From a virus (Duplodnaviria; Caudoviricetes), in the IMG/VR virus record IMGVR_UViG_3300045240_000043, positions 1 through 54,354 of that record: a DNA stretch of 54,354 nt. One strand, 5' to 3'. Positions 14,833 through 23,324 of the stretch are shown here, one piece after another. How positions within the stretch are numbered: the first letter of the stretch is position 1; every line of letters starts with the position of its first letter. The notes beneath the pieces were generated by a model that saw only the letters and a list, made by a program, of their open reading frames with translations, was not told where the DNA came from and searched no databases. The translations under genes were made by a program, and so were the position numbers.

Positions 14833-15730
14833 GTCGCTCGCCACCGCGCTCGCCGCGTTCCAGGCCGACCTGCCAACCGTGGAAAAGAACCGCACAGGCG
14901 AGGTCAGCGGCACCAGCAAGCAAGGCAAGCCGTACAGCTACACGTACAAGTACGCCGACCTAGCCGACGTGAGCAGCGTCGTTCTCAAGGCCATAGGCAA
15001 GCACGGACTCTCGTTCACGTCCAGGCCGACGACGGTCGACGGGAAGTTCGGGCTGGCGTACTCGCTGCTGCACGTCTCCGGGGACCGCGAGGACGGGTTC
15101 TTCGAACTGCGCGACGACCCTGATATTCAGCGGGTGGGTGGCCGTATCACCTACGCGCGCCGCTACTGCCTGTGCGCCGTGACCGGCGTGGCAGCCGAAG
15201 AGGACACAGACGCGCGGCACGACGCGCAGCAGGCCCCCAAGCCGCGCGCTAGCCGCCGCAAGCCCGAGATGCCTGAGGTGGACAAGCATGGTGCAGCCAC
15301 GCTGGCTGAGCAGACGCGCATGGTGCACGGCGCCGTAGACGGCGTGGAACGGCTCGCCACGACGCCACCAGACGACCCATGGCTGTCCGTGGACGAGAAC
15401 GGCGAACGTCGGGCCGCCGGCCAGTTGCCGCGTCCCATCGGTGACCAGCCACCCAAGCCCGGCCACATGCAGGAACGGCTGCCGCACCTGAACGCCATCT
15501 TCGGTCACTTCAACCGGCTCGGCGTTCAGGACAAGGCATACCGGCTATTCGTCACCGCGCTCCTGGCCGGCCTTGAACCGGGCGGCCTCAAGACCAGTAC
15601 TGATCTCACCGAGGAGCAGGCCAAACGGGTGCTTGAGGAGCTATCGCACCTGAAGGACGGCCCGGCGCTGGCCGCGCGCAAGAAGGCCATCGAGGCCGAG
15701 CTGGAATTGGCGGCAGCCGATGCCGTATGA
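14822..15730 (+). CDS. erf: ERF-family single-strand annealing protein
   Basis: YKYADLADV, KHGLSF, GGRITYARRYCLCAVTGVAAEEDTD. Confidence 0.9.
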   Translation: MGSESLATALAAFQADLPTVEKNRTGEVSGTSKQGKPYSYTYKYADLADVSSVVLKAIGKHGLSFTSRPTTVDGKFGLAYSLLHVSGDREDGFFELRDDPDIQRVGGRITYARRYCLCAVTGVAAEEDTDARHDAQQAPKPRASRRKPEMPEVDKHGAATLAEQTRMVHGAVDGVERLATTPPDDPWLSVDENGERRAAGQLPRPIGDQPPKPGHMQERLPHLNAIFGHFNRLGVQDKAYRLFVTALLAGLEPGGLKTSTDLTEEQAKRVLEELSHLKDGPALAARKKAIEAELELAAADAV

Positions 15731-15740
15731 CCCATAGACC

Positions 15741-15777
15741 CCCGGCATCCCTCGGCCCGCACCGCAGGGATGCCGGG
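15741..15777 (+). terminator. 12-bp hairpin after erf
   Basis: CCCGGCATCCCT pairs with AGGGATGCCGGG. Confidence 0.5.
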
Positions 15778-15782
15778 CACCA

Positions 15783-15847
15783 TCCGCTGCAGGGCGTGGG
15801 CGCGACGGACCCTCGACGCGCCGCCGGTTCGACTCCGGCCAGCGGAA
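15783..15847 (+). ncRNA. Minimal tRNA-like element (acceptor stem plus T arm, no D arm)
   Basis: TCCGCTG...GCCGG-TTCGACT-CCGGC CAGCGGA A; internal GGCGCG/CGCGCC stem. Confidence 0.55.
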
Positions 15848-15848
15848 C

Positions 15849-16931
15849 GTGAGAGATCTTGTGCTCCATGTTCCTACCGGGATCAGGCTTGACCTGAGTG
15901 ATCCCGGATACGGGCATGAATACGGCCAGCGGATCATCGCCGAAGCACACAGGCATTGCCCGCGAGGCGTCCTGGTGTGCGACAAGCACCAAAGTCCCTT
16001 GTACCTTCAAAACAGGTCTGGGCGGTTCACCGGAACGAGACTGTTCGGCATCCACTTCGAGGGCGGCTTCGCGCATCATGAAGTCGCCCGGATGAGTGAT
16101 GAGCACAAACGGCAGACCGAGTACCTGATACGCGGTGCCACCGATGCTGGCTTTCCCGCTAAGGCCGAGGTCACGCTTCCCAGCGGAACACGGCCCGACG
16201 CAGTAATATACGGTCGCCATACAGTTGCGATCGAAGTCCAGCGCTCACCGCTGACCGCGCAATCGGCCGTGACTCGCGTCAAGAAAGCTATGGCCGGCGG
16301 AATGGCCACATCCGTCTGGTTCAGCGACTGGCAGCACCGCAAGCCTAAGTGGCAATTCCGCGTGCCCTCAATCGGCATGAACTCTCCAACCTGGGACGAC
16401 CTCCCTCCACGTCGCTCGGCCACTGTCACCACCGGGTTGCGCCTCATCACTGCCGTCAAGTGCATCCCAGCCAACCTGCAACGATGCCCGCGCGGCAAGC
16501 GCCACTGCGGCAATTTCCATGAGAAGCACGAGCCGTGGATGGGCATGACCGTCGACGACGTGGCCTCGATGGTTCCTGCAGGCGAGATAGTCCCGATGCG
16601 GTTTCGCGGCCGGGACGTACTGCTCGTGTCACCCGAAAGTTTGCGGCTGTACGAAGAACTGGCAGGGCATCCGGCTGAGCTTGTGTTCATTCCGGCGGCG
16701 GAAAACGGCACCCCGCGCGCTGATCGGGTCGCTGACCGCATCGAATGCTCAGCACCGTTCCCTGTCCTGCGCGGGTCACAGCTTGAACTGATCTTCCCAG
16801 GGATCGCCCTGTGCTCCTACTGCCGGACGCAGCCAGCAGGGCCGGGAGGAATCCTGTGCGCTGCTGATAAGGCGCTGCTAACTAACAGGACGCGGCCAGA
16901 CCTATCCGCCTACTCGGGACGGGAAGCATGA
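15849..16931 (+). CDS. CoiA-like PD-(D/E)XK nuclease
   Basis: MSDEHKR...AEVTLPSGTRPDAVI...VAIEVQRS; lower GC than its neighbours. Confidence 0.7.
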   Translation: MRDLVLHVPTGIRLDLSDPGYGHEYGQRIIAEAHRHCPRGVLVCDKHQSPLYLQNRSGRFTGTRLFGIHFEGGFAHHEVARMSDEHKRQTEYLIRGATDAGFPAKAEVTLPSGTRPDAVIYGRHTVAIEVQRSPLTAQSAVTRVKKAMAGGMATSVWFSDWQHRKPKWQFRVPSIGMNSPTWDDLPPRRSATVTTGLRLITAVKCIPANLQRCPRGKRHCGNFHEKHEPWMGMTVDDVASMVPAGEIVPMRFRGRDVLLVSPESLRLYEELAGHPAELVFIPAAENGTPRADRVADRIECSAPFPVLRGSQLELIFPGIALCSYCRTQPAGPGGILCAADKALLTNRTRPDLSAYSGREA

Positions 16932-17548
16932 GCGTGGGATTCAAGCTCTACCGCGAGGTCCGCGACTTCGCGCCCGGCGACCTCACCTCTGGTGAGCTTG
17001 TCGTGGCCCTCACCATCGCCGACGACGCCCGCGACGAGACGCGACGGTCGTGGATCAGCCTGCCGCTGCTGTGCGCCCGTACGCGCCTCAAGCCGTCCGG
17101 CGTCCGCTCGGCGCTCGGGAAGCTGGCCGCGCGAGGGCTTGAGTTCCGTGTCGCTCACGGCTACGGCGGCGACGGCCGGCCCATGTTCGCGCTCAAGGGG
17201 CACGCCGTCGATTACGTCGTCCCGGACATGCTCAAAGGTGCTGCCACAGCCCCGCCTAAGGCAGCGCCTAAGCCTGTGGATAACTCAGCCAAAGGTGACA
17301 CCACAGCCGCACCTTTGAACGGTTCCGGGCGACTCAAAGGCGCCACTGTGGCACACAAAGGCGACACCACAGCCGCACCTATAGGCGCTCAAAGGTGGGG
17401 CCACAGTGTCACCCCTCCCCTCAAAGAACCTAAACCCTCAAAACAGATCCCCTCAACTGAAGAAGCGTCTGTAGTCACGGCCCCAGGTGGAAACGGGCGC
17501 CCAACGTCAGATCAAAAGCTGTGGATAACTTCCGGAGGCAAGCCATGA
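16928..17548 (+). CDS. Replication initiator-like HTH protein
   Basis: LTSGELVVALTIADDA...SLPLLCARTRLKPSGVRSALGKL; repeat-coded C-terminal half. Confidence 0.7.
   Translation: MSVGFKLYREVRDFAPGDLTSGELVVALTIADDARDETRRSWISLPLLCARTRLKPSGVRSALGKLAARGLEFRVAHGYGGDGRPMFALKGHAVDYVVPDMLKGAATAPPKAAPKPVDNSAKGDTTAAPLNGSGRLKGATVAHKGDTTAAPIGAQRWGHSVTPPLKEPKPSKQIPSTEEASVVTAPGGNGRPTSDQKLWITSGGKP
17233..17528. promoter_or_regulatory. Putative replication origin: iterons plus two DnaA boxes
   Basis: CAAAGG(T/C)G-initiated repeats at 17233, 17290, 17335, 17356 and 17390; TGTGGATAA at 17275-17283 and 17520-17528. Confidence 0.75.
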
Positions 17549-17754
17549 CCCGCGTCCTGCAGCCATGCGGCACCCAGGCCGCCTACCAGCGCCACGTCCG
17601 CCACGGCGAACCCGCCGACGAAGCATGCCTCGCCGCCGAACGCCGCCGCGTCCGCCTCGCCCGCATGCACGCCGCCGACCGCACCAGCGTGCTGTTCCGT
17701 GAGCTGATCGGCCTCCTGGCCGCTGCGTGCCGCGACGCCGGGATGCTGCCATGA
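17545..17754 (+). CDS. Small Zn-binding protein
   Basis: PCGTQAAYQRHVRHGEPADEACLAA. Confidence 0.7.
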   Translation: MTRVLQPCGTQAAYQRHVRHGEPADEACLAAERRRVRLARMHAADRTSVLFRELIGLLAAACRDAGMLP

Positions 17755-18014
17755 GCGGCACCTTCGGCACCGACCGGCTGGCCGCGGGCATCGACTCCCT
17801 CGGCGCCCTCCCGCCCCGCAAACCACCACCCGACCCCGGCGACGTCACCACCCGCAAGGAACTCGCCGACGCCATCGGGCACATCATGCGCGGCATGTCG
17901 TCGCCGATCGGCGGCCCGTCACGCAAGGACCGCATCGGCCAGATCCTGGCCGCCTGCGACGCGTACGCCGCCGTGCAGATCGCGGCAGCCATCACCCCGA
18001 GCAAGCGGATGTGA
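17751..18014 (+). CDS. Hypothetical protein
   Basis: ATGA-coupled. Confidence 0.6.
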   Translation: MSGTFGTDRLAAGIDSLGALPPRKPPPDPGDVTTRKELADAIGHIMRGMSSPIGGPSRKDRIGQILAACDAYAAVQIAAAITPSKRM

Positions 18015-18103
18015 CCGGCCAAATGACGGTAGAATGTTCGAATAGGCCCCGGCGACCAGTTGCATGGCCCCGGGGCGTGGCCACACCTGTTGCGAGGTGC
18101 GAC

Positions 18104-18583
18104 ATGCCTGATGCTACCCATGAGACCTGGAAGCCAGTCGTCGGCTACGAGGGCCTCTATGAAGTCAGCGACCGTGGACGGGTCCGCACCGTGCCGCGCA
18201 TACTCAAGCCCGGCACCCTCAACCATGGCCATCTGCACGTAAACCTGTGGATCAACCGCAAGGGAAAAACGCGAACCGTCCACCGCCTTGTCGCCGCCGC
18301 GTTCATTGGCCCTTGCCCTGACGGGCAAGAGGTACGGCACCTGGACGGCAATCCCACAAACAACGCCGTCGAGAACCTGAAGTACGGCACGCGCAGCGAG
18401 AATCTGCTTGATCGAGTCCGGCATGGCACCCACAACAACGCCAGCAAGACGCACTGCAAGAACGGTCACGAGTTCACGCCTGAGAACACCATCGACAACC
18501 ACGGCAACCGTGGCTGCCGGGAATGCCACCGTGTCGCTTCCCTGGCCTGGTGGGACCGCCAAAGGAGCAAGGAGATCAAATGA
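18104..18583 (+). CDS. NUMOD4/HNH endonuclease
   Basis: WKPVVGYEGLYEVSDRGRVR, VHRLVAAAF, VRHLDGNPTNNAVENL, THCKNGH. Confidence 0.92.
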   Translation: MPDATHETWKPVVGYEGLYEVSDRGRVRTVPRILKPGTLNHGHLHVNLWINRKGKTRTVHRLVAAAFIGPCPDGQEVRHLDGNPTNNAVENLKYGTRSENLLDRVRHGTHNNASKTHCKNGHEFTPENTIDNHGNRGCRECHRVASLAWWDRQRSKEIK

Positions 18584-19458
18584 CTACCTCATGGCTGGAG
18601 GAAGCGGGCCTGCCGGTTCGCTCAGCGCAAGGCTTGGATGTGTCTGATTTCCAAGGTCATTTCGACTGGTCCGCCACGTCCGGGCTGTCGTTCGGGACGT
18701 TCCGGCTCACCCAGGGACTCGGCGGCGCAGGCACCGCCAGCCCTGACCCTGACGCCGCGTGGAACCACCGGGAGATCGCCAAGGCCCAGCTGCACCGCGG
18801 CGCGTACCACTTCCTCGACCCGAGGCTGCCGGGTGCGCAGCAGGCCGCGTACATGGTCGCCGAGCACGCCAAACTCGGCACCACCAGCCATGACTCGTTC
18901 TGGTGCGACAACGAGACCGGCGCCGGCGTGTCAGCGGCCGCGATCGCCACGTGCGCGAAGGCGTTCATGCGCGAGCTCGACAAGCTGGTGCCGCGCAACC
19001 CGCGGGGCGTGTACACGTTCATCGACTTCGCGGCGTCCGGGTGCTGCGCCGGGCTGGGTGAGTACGCGCTGTGGCTGGCGCATCCTGGCGCGCTGGCACC
19101 AACCCCGCCGCCGCCGTGGCACAGGTGGAAGTTCTGGCAGTTCGGGACGCGGAACGGCGTGGACGCAGACGCGTTCAACGGCACCGCGCCGCAGCTCGAC
19201 GAGTGGGTGAAGTCGTTCGCGCCGGCCGTGAAACCGCCCGCGCCGAAGGTGGTGACGCACGTGACCGCCGGTGACCTGTCACTCGCGGGCCTGGCGGTGC
19301 AGCACCACACGAAGGCGATGCACATCCTGCACCTGACGAGCGACCATTTCGGGGGGTTCCCGCCGGAGGTCGCGGCGTGGGGTAACGCGGTGTGGGCGGG
19401 GATCCTGTCGCCGTCGGCGGCGATGCCGGCCGGGATGCACCTGCGGATCCCCGCATGA
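18580..19458 (+). CDS. GH25 lysozyme (endolysin)
   Basis: GLDVSDFQG, GAYHF, CDNE, LWLAH, KFWQF, VDADAFNG; degenerate LysM-like C-terminus. Confidence 0.88.
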   Translation: MTTSWLEEAGLPVRSAQGLDVSDFQGHFDWSATSGLSFGTFRLTQGLGGAGTASPDPDAAWNHREIAKAQLHRGAYHFLDPRLPGAQQAAYMVAEHAKLGTTSHDSFWCDNETGAGVSAAAIATCAKAFMRELDKLVPRNPRGVYTFIDFAASGCCAGLGEYALWLAHPGALAPTPPPPWHRWKFWQFGTRNGVDADAFNGTAPQLDEWVKSFAPAVKPPAPKVVTHVTAGDLSLAGLAVQHHTKAMHILHLTSDHFGGFPPEVAAWGNAVWAGILSPSAAMPAGMHLRIPA

Positions 19459-20297
19459 CCGAGGCGTACTGGCGAGATAGCACCTGCACACTGCTGCTCG
19501 GCGATGCGCTTGACGTGCTTCGCGAGATGCCGTCCCTTTCCGTGGACTGCTGCGTCACATCGCCGCCGTACTTCGGCCTGCGGGACTACGGGACGGACGG
19601 CCAGTACGGGCTGGAGGATTCCCCGGCCGAGTACGTCGAGAACCTGCGCAGCGTATTCGCCGAAGTGCTGCGCGTGCTGGCGCCAGACGGGACGCTCTGG
19701 CTGAACCTGGGCGACTCGTACTACAGCGGCCGCGGCAACCCAGGACCCAACGCAGATGACCGGCGCCAGCCAGCCCGCCGCGGCTGGACGCGTCAGCTTG
19801 ACCAGCCCGGCATGGAATGGGGCACCCGCAAGAGCCTCGTGCTGATTCCCGAGCGCATCATCCTCGCGCTGTTCAGCGACGGATGGGTGGTCCGCAACAA
19901 GGGCGTCTGGCACAAGCCGAACGCGATGCCCAGCAATGCGGGCGACCGCCTTGAAGGCAAGTGGGAGCCGTTCTACCTGCTGACAAGGAGCCGCGATTAC
20001 TGGTTCGGCGATGCCCCGGCACAGGGCGATGTGTGGAGGATTCCAGTAGCACCGCACGCGGGCGCTCACTTCGCAACGTTCCCGCTCACTTTCCCCGTCC
20101 GGTGCATCACTGCTGGATGCAAGCCCGGCGGCGTCGTGCTGGATCCGTTCAGCGGATCCGGGACTACTGGTCAAGCGGCACGTATAACCGGGCATCCCTA
20201 CGTCGGCATTGACCTGAGCGCCGCTTACCACGACATGGCCATCAAGAGGTATGCCCAGGGCGTCCTTGACCTGGAAACGTCGGAGGCCGCGTCATGA
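19455..20297 (+). CDS. N4C/N6A DNA methyltransferase
   Basis: VTSPPYFG, LWLNLGDSY, HFATFP, VLDPFSGSGTTG. Confidence 0.93.
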   Translation: MTEAYWRDSTCTLLLGDALDVLREMPSLSVDCCVTSPPYFGLRDYGTDGQYGLEDSPAEYVENLRSVFAEVLRVLAPDGTLWLNLGDSYYSGRGNPGPNADDRRQPARRGWTRQLDQPGMEWGTRKSLVLIPERIILALFSDGWVVRNKGVWHKPNAMPSNAGDRLEGKWEPFYLLTRSRDYWFGDAPAQGDVWRIPVAPHAGAHFATFPLTFPVRCITAGCKPGGVVLDPFSGSGTTGQAARITGHPYVGIDLSAAYHDMAIKRYAQGVLDLETSEAAS

Positions 20298-20407
20298 CCG
20301 ACCTGGCTGAGGCGTGCGCGGACATCGGACCCGCCATGGAACTCGCCGCCGCGCTCATACCCGAACCCGACACCGACACCAGCAACGGCACCCGCAGGGC
20401 GCCATGA
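20294..20407 (+). pseudogene. Short remnant ORF resembling the N-terminus of the next gene
   Basis: MTDLAEACADIGPAMELAAALIPEPDTDTSNGTRRAP*, ATGA-coupled on both sides. Confidence 0.35.
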
Positions 20408-20997
20408 CCGGAGACGACCCGCGCGACATCGCCGACCGCGCCGACGAGCTCACCGCGCTCATCCCCGCGCTAGCCGCCGCACTATCCCGCGACAACACCC
20501 CGTCAGACGGCCGCAGCGTCCTGTCAGCAGGCGGCGTCGTCAACGCCGACGTCCTCCACGCCATGATCACCCTCCGCGCCGAGATCCCCGCCGCCTGCTC
20601 GCACGCCTGCGACCTGACCGGCGAGCCATGGAACCCGCGGCCGCTCGACGTCTGCCTGCGCGCCCTCCCGCGCCTGCGTGACCGTCTCGCCGTCCTCGGC
20701 CAGCCAGCCGACGCCAGGCGCGTCGAGGCGGCCGTGGAACGCTGGATGCGCGTCGTGAAACTCGCGCTCGGGCTCCGCGTCCCCGACATGTCGATCGGCT
20801 ACGACTGCCCGCTGCACGAGGAACCCTCCGCGCTGGTCATGATCGGCAGCGAGGGATTCCTGCTCGCCGGCAAGACCATCGCCGTCACGTGGCAGCACGA
20901 CGGCCGGATCTGCTGCCGGTTCTGCGGCGAGCAGTGGAACGTGAGCCAGTGGCCGCTGCTCGGAAGGATGCTCGACGGCGTGTTAGCAGGGTTGTGA
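20404..20997 (+). CDS. Zn-finger protein, possible late-gene regulator
   Basis: CPLH...ICCRFCGEQW; sits at the end of the early operon before an HTH gene. Confidence 0.6.
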   Translation: MTGDDPRDIADRADELTALIPALAAALSRDNTPSDGRSVLSAGGVVNADVLHAMITLRAEIPAACSHACDLTGEPWNPRPLDVCLRALPRLRDRLAVLGQPADARRVEAAVERWMRVVKLALGLRVPDMSIGYDCPLHEEPSALVMIGSEGFLLAGKTIAVTWQHDGRICCRFCGEQWNVSQWPLLGRMLDGVLAGL

Positions 20998-21024
20998 TCA
21001 CAGCCTTGCGTCACCATGTGAGGC

Positions 21025-21243
21025 GTGATTCTCGCCGACACGCAGGCCATCGCCGTGCTCACCGGCCGCTCGCCGGCCACGATCCGCTCGTGGGCGCACC
21101 GCGGGCTCATCAGCCGCAAGGGCACCGACCGCAAGGGCCGTGCGCTCTACGACGTTGACGCCGCGCAGGCACTCGCGCGTCACCTTGACAACCAGCGGAA
21201 ACGCGTGCAACATCAAGAACGCATGCGTACCACTGCGCCCTGA
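21025..21243 (+). CDS. MerR-like HTH DNA-binding protein
   Basis: GRSPATIRSWAHRGLISRKGTDRKGRALYD. Confidence 0.8.
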   Translation: MILADTQAIAVLTGRSPATIRSWAHRGLISRKGTDRKGRALYDVDAAQALARHLDNQRKRVQHQERMRTTAP

Positions 21244-21265
21244 ACCAGCCCACTAGGATCTGATC

Positions 21266-21436
21266 ATGGTCCTGTGGTCGCTGGTAGCAGCCGGGAACGC
21301 TGACGGCGACGCGGCTGACGATCTCCGCGATAACGTCACCACCATGCTCGCGGACCCGCGTTACGGCACCGGCATGAACATGCTTCAGGTCGGCTGCCAG
21401 GTATCCCGCATGCCGGAAGGCAAACTGAGCCCATGA
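21266..21436 (+). CDS. 56-aa hypothetical protein
   Basis: MVLWSLVAAGNADG...; ATGA overlap with the next gene. Confidence 0.4.
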   Translation: MVLWSLVAAGNADGDAADDLRDNVTTMLADPRYGTGMNMLQVGCQVSRMPEGKLSP

Positions 21437-21951
21437 CAGACCTCAGCCGCATCGACACCTTCCGCATCGAAGCCCTCCGCGCCGCATCCAGGCGCGGCGA
21501 CATCTACGGAAACAAAGCCGTCGAAGCGGCAGCCAACGCGTTCCTCGCATGGCTCGCCACACCAGCGGCGAAGATCGTCATCGGCGGCGCAGTCGTCGCC
21601 GATCAGTCAAACCCGGCACGTAAGACCCCGATCACCAGGAGCGGACCTTCCATGGTAGCAGTGATGAACGACGGCCAGATCGCCACCTACCCGGCAGCCA
21701 CCGCCGCCGACGCCAAGGGATTCCCCGTATCCGACCCGGTCGTCCTCACCACCGACGACGACGCGAACGCCGCGTTCGTGTCCCGCGTCGACAACCCGGA
21801 CGGTTCCAGCGCGTTCACCGCGAAGGCACCCGGCGTCGTGACGCTCACGTGGACGTCCGGCACCGACACGCTGGTCGACACCCTCAACGTGGTCGCTGGC
21901 GCGGCCGTGCAGATCGAGGTCGGCGCCCCCGTCATCACCGACCAGCCCTGA
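21433..21951 (+). CDS. Hypothetical protein with an Ig-like C-terminal domain
   Basis: Beta-rich C-terminal half (DAKGFPV...APGVVTLT...VVAGAAVQI). Confidence 0.65.
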   Translation: MTDLSRIDTFRIEALRAASRRGDIYGNKAVEAAANAFLAWLATPAAKIVIGGAVVADQSNPARKTPITRSGPSMVAVMNDGQIATYPAATAADAKGFPVSDPVVLTTDDDANAAFVSRVDNPDGSSAFTAKAPGVVTLTWTSGTDTLVDTLNVVAGAAVQIEVGAPVITDQP

Positions 21952-22101
21952 CCCGGCCATGGCACGCTGGCAGGCGTCATACGACGCCCTCAGCCAGCCA
22001 TGCGGATGCGCGTCATGGTGGCAGTGGGCCAGCGGCGAGCGCATCTGGGTGCGCAAGCACTGGACCTGCACACGGCACGCCTGACCTGGCATACTGGCAG
22101 C

Positions 22102-22908
22102 ATGGCCAGGACGCGCGGCACGACCAAGCAGCGCGGACTCAGCGGCCCGCATCAGTCCGACAAGAAGCGGCTAAAAGCCGCGCTCCGTCCAGGCGACACC
22201 TGCTGGCGCTGCGGCAAGCCCATGACGCCGGACCAGGAACTCGACCGCGACCACATCGTTGACCGCGCACTCGGCGGCACCAACGGCCCCGCAGTCCTGG
22301 CACACGCACATTGCAACCGCTCGGCAGGCGCAACGCTCGGCAACCAGATGCGCGGTCAGCGGCGGCGCATCGTCAAGGCAGCCACCTCATCACAGCAGCC
22401 GTTCCGTACGTCGCGGCAGTGGTTAGCGTCGACCTGCCGGACCTGTGGCAAGCCAGCCGACGGCCGCGCTGCACGTAACTGCGAGATATGCGGCGCGCAC
22501 TACCATCCCAACAGCGCTGAGCAGCGCACCTGCGGACGTGCATGCGGCGTGACTCTCAGACGCACGGTCACCCTGACGCTGGTGAAGTGCGAGCGCTGGC
22601 CATCCAGCAAGATCTACATCCGGCCATGCGAACACTGCGGAACGCTGTTCACTGGCCGCACGAATGCCCGTCGCTATTGCTCGCTGCGATGCGGGCAGAC
22701 TGCGTATAACCGCAGCCGCGGCAAGCACGAGGAACGTCATTGCGCATGCGGCACGCCGTTGCAGGCAGCACGCAGGAAGTGCGACGCATGCGTGCGCGAG
22801 ACTAAGCGCGAGCACAAGCGCAGGCAAAGACGACAGCCAGCAGCACGGGCAAGCGAGGCAAGACGCAGACGCGCGCAACTAGATGCAAGACGTGCCAGCA
22901 TCGCCTGA
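22102..22908 (+). CDS. Terminase-associated HNH fused to Cys-rich Zn-ribbon repeats
   Basis: CWRCGKP...DRDH...AHAHCNRSAGA...TSRQW, followed by several CxxC pairs. Confidence 0.8.
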   Translation: MARTRGTTKQRGLSGPHQSDKKRLKAALRPGDTCWRCGKPMTPDQELDRDHIVDRALGGTNGPAVLAHAHCNRSAGATLGNQMRGQRRRIVKAATSSQQPFRTSRQWLASTCRTCGKPADGRAARNCEICGAHYHPNSAEQRTCGRACGVTLRRTVTLTLVKCERWPSSKIYIRPCEHCGTLFTGRTNARRYCSLRCGQTAYNRSRGKHEERHCACGTPLQAARRKCDACVRETKREHKRRQRRQPAARASEARRRRAQLDARRASIA

Positions 22909-23051
22909 TCGTCTCTTTTGCGGCCTGCTGAAATACAGGAAAAAGGCCGGGGGCGGGGGCTGTCACGTTCAGTTACCATCCTACGACTCCGCAGTCATCT
23001 GGTTTGTGTGTCCGAATCACATCTAGGCCCTGACCTGCGCAAACACGCGAG
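22909..23051. other. Probable packaging (cos) region
   Basis: Non-coding gap between HNH and terS with a G-rich tract; inferred from position only. Confidence 0.4.
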
Positions 23052-23324
23052 GTGTTGATCATGCCGAGTCAGGGCACCGTGGAGCGCGCGGTCAGGTCCG
23101 AGTTCCGGTCACTGGGCGTGAGCGTGCAGGCCGACGGCTGCGCTGCGCTGGCCTTGTCGCTGGCGCGTCATATCGACACGGCGCGCGGCGCGGTGGCCGC
23201 TGCCGCAGCGGCGGCCCAGTTGCGGGGCCTGCTCGCTGACCTGCGGCGCGCTGCGCAGGACCAGCCGGAACGGGACGTGATCGATGACCTCAACGCTCGC
23301 CGCGCCCAGCGTGCTGCTGGGTGA
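23052..23324 (+). CDS. terS: Terminase small subunit
   Basis: Position; LALSLARHID...DVIDDLNARRAQR. Confidence 0.75.
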   Translation: MLIMPSQGTVERAVRSEFRSLGVSVQADGCAALALSLARHIDTARGAVAAAAAAAQLRGLLADLRRAAQDQPERDVIDDLNARRAQRAAG

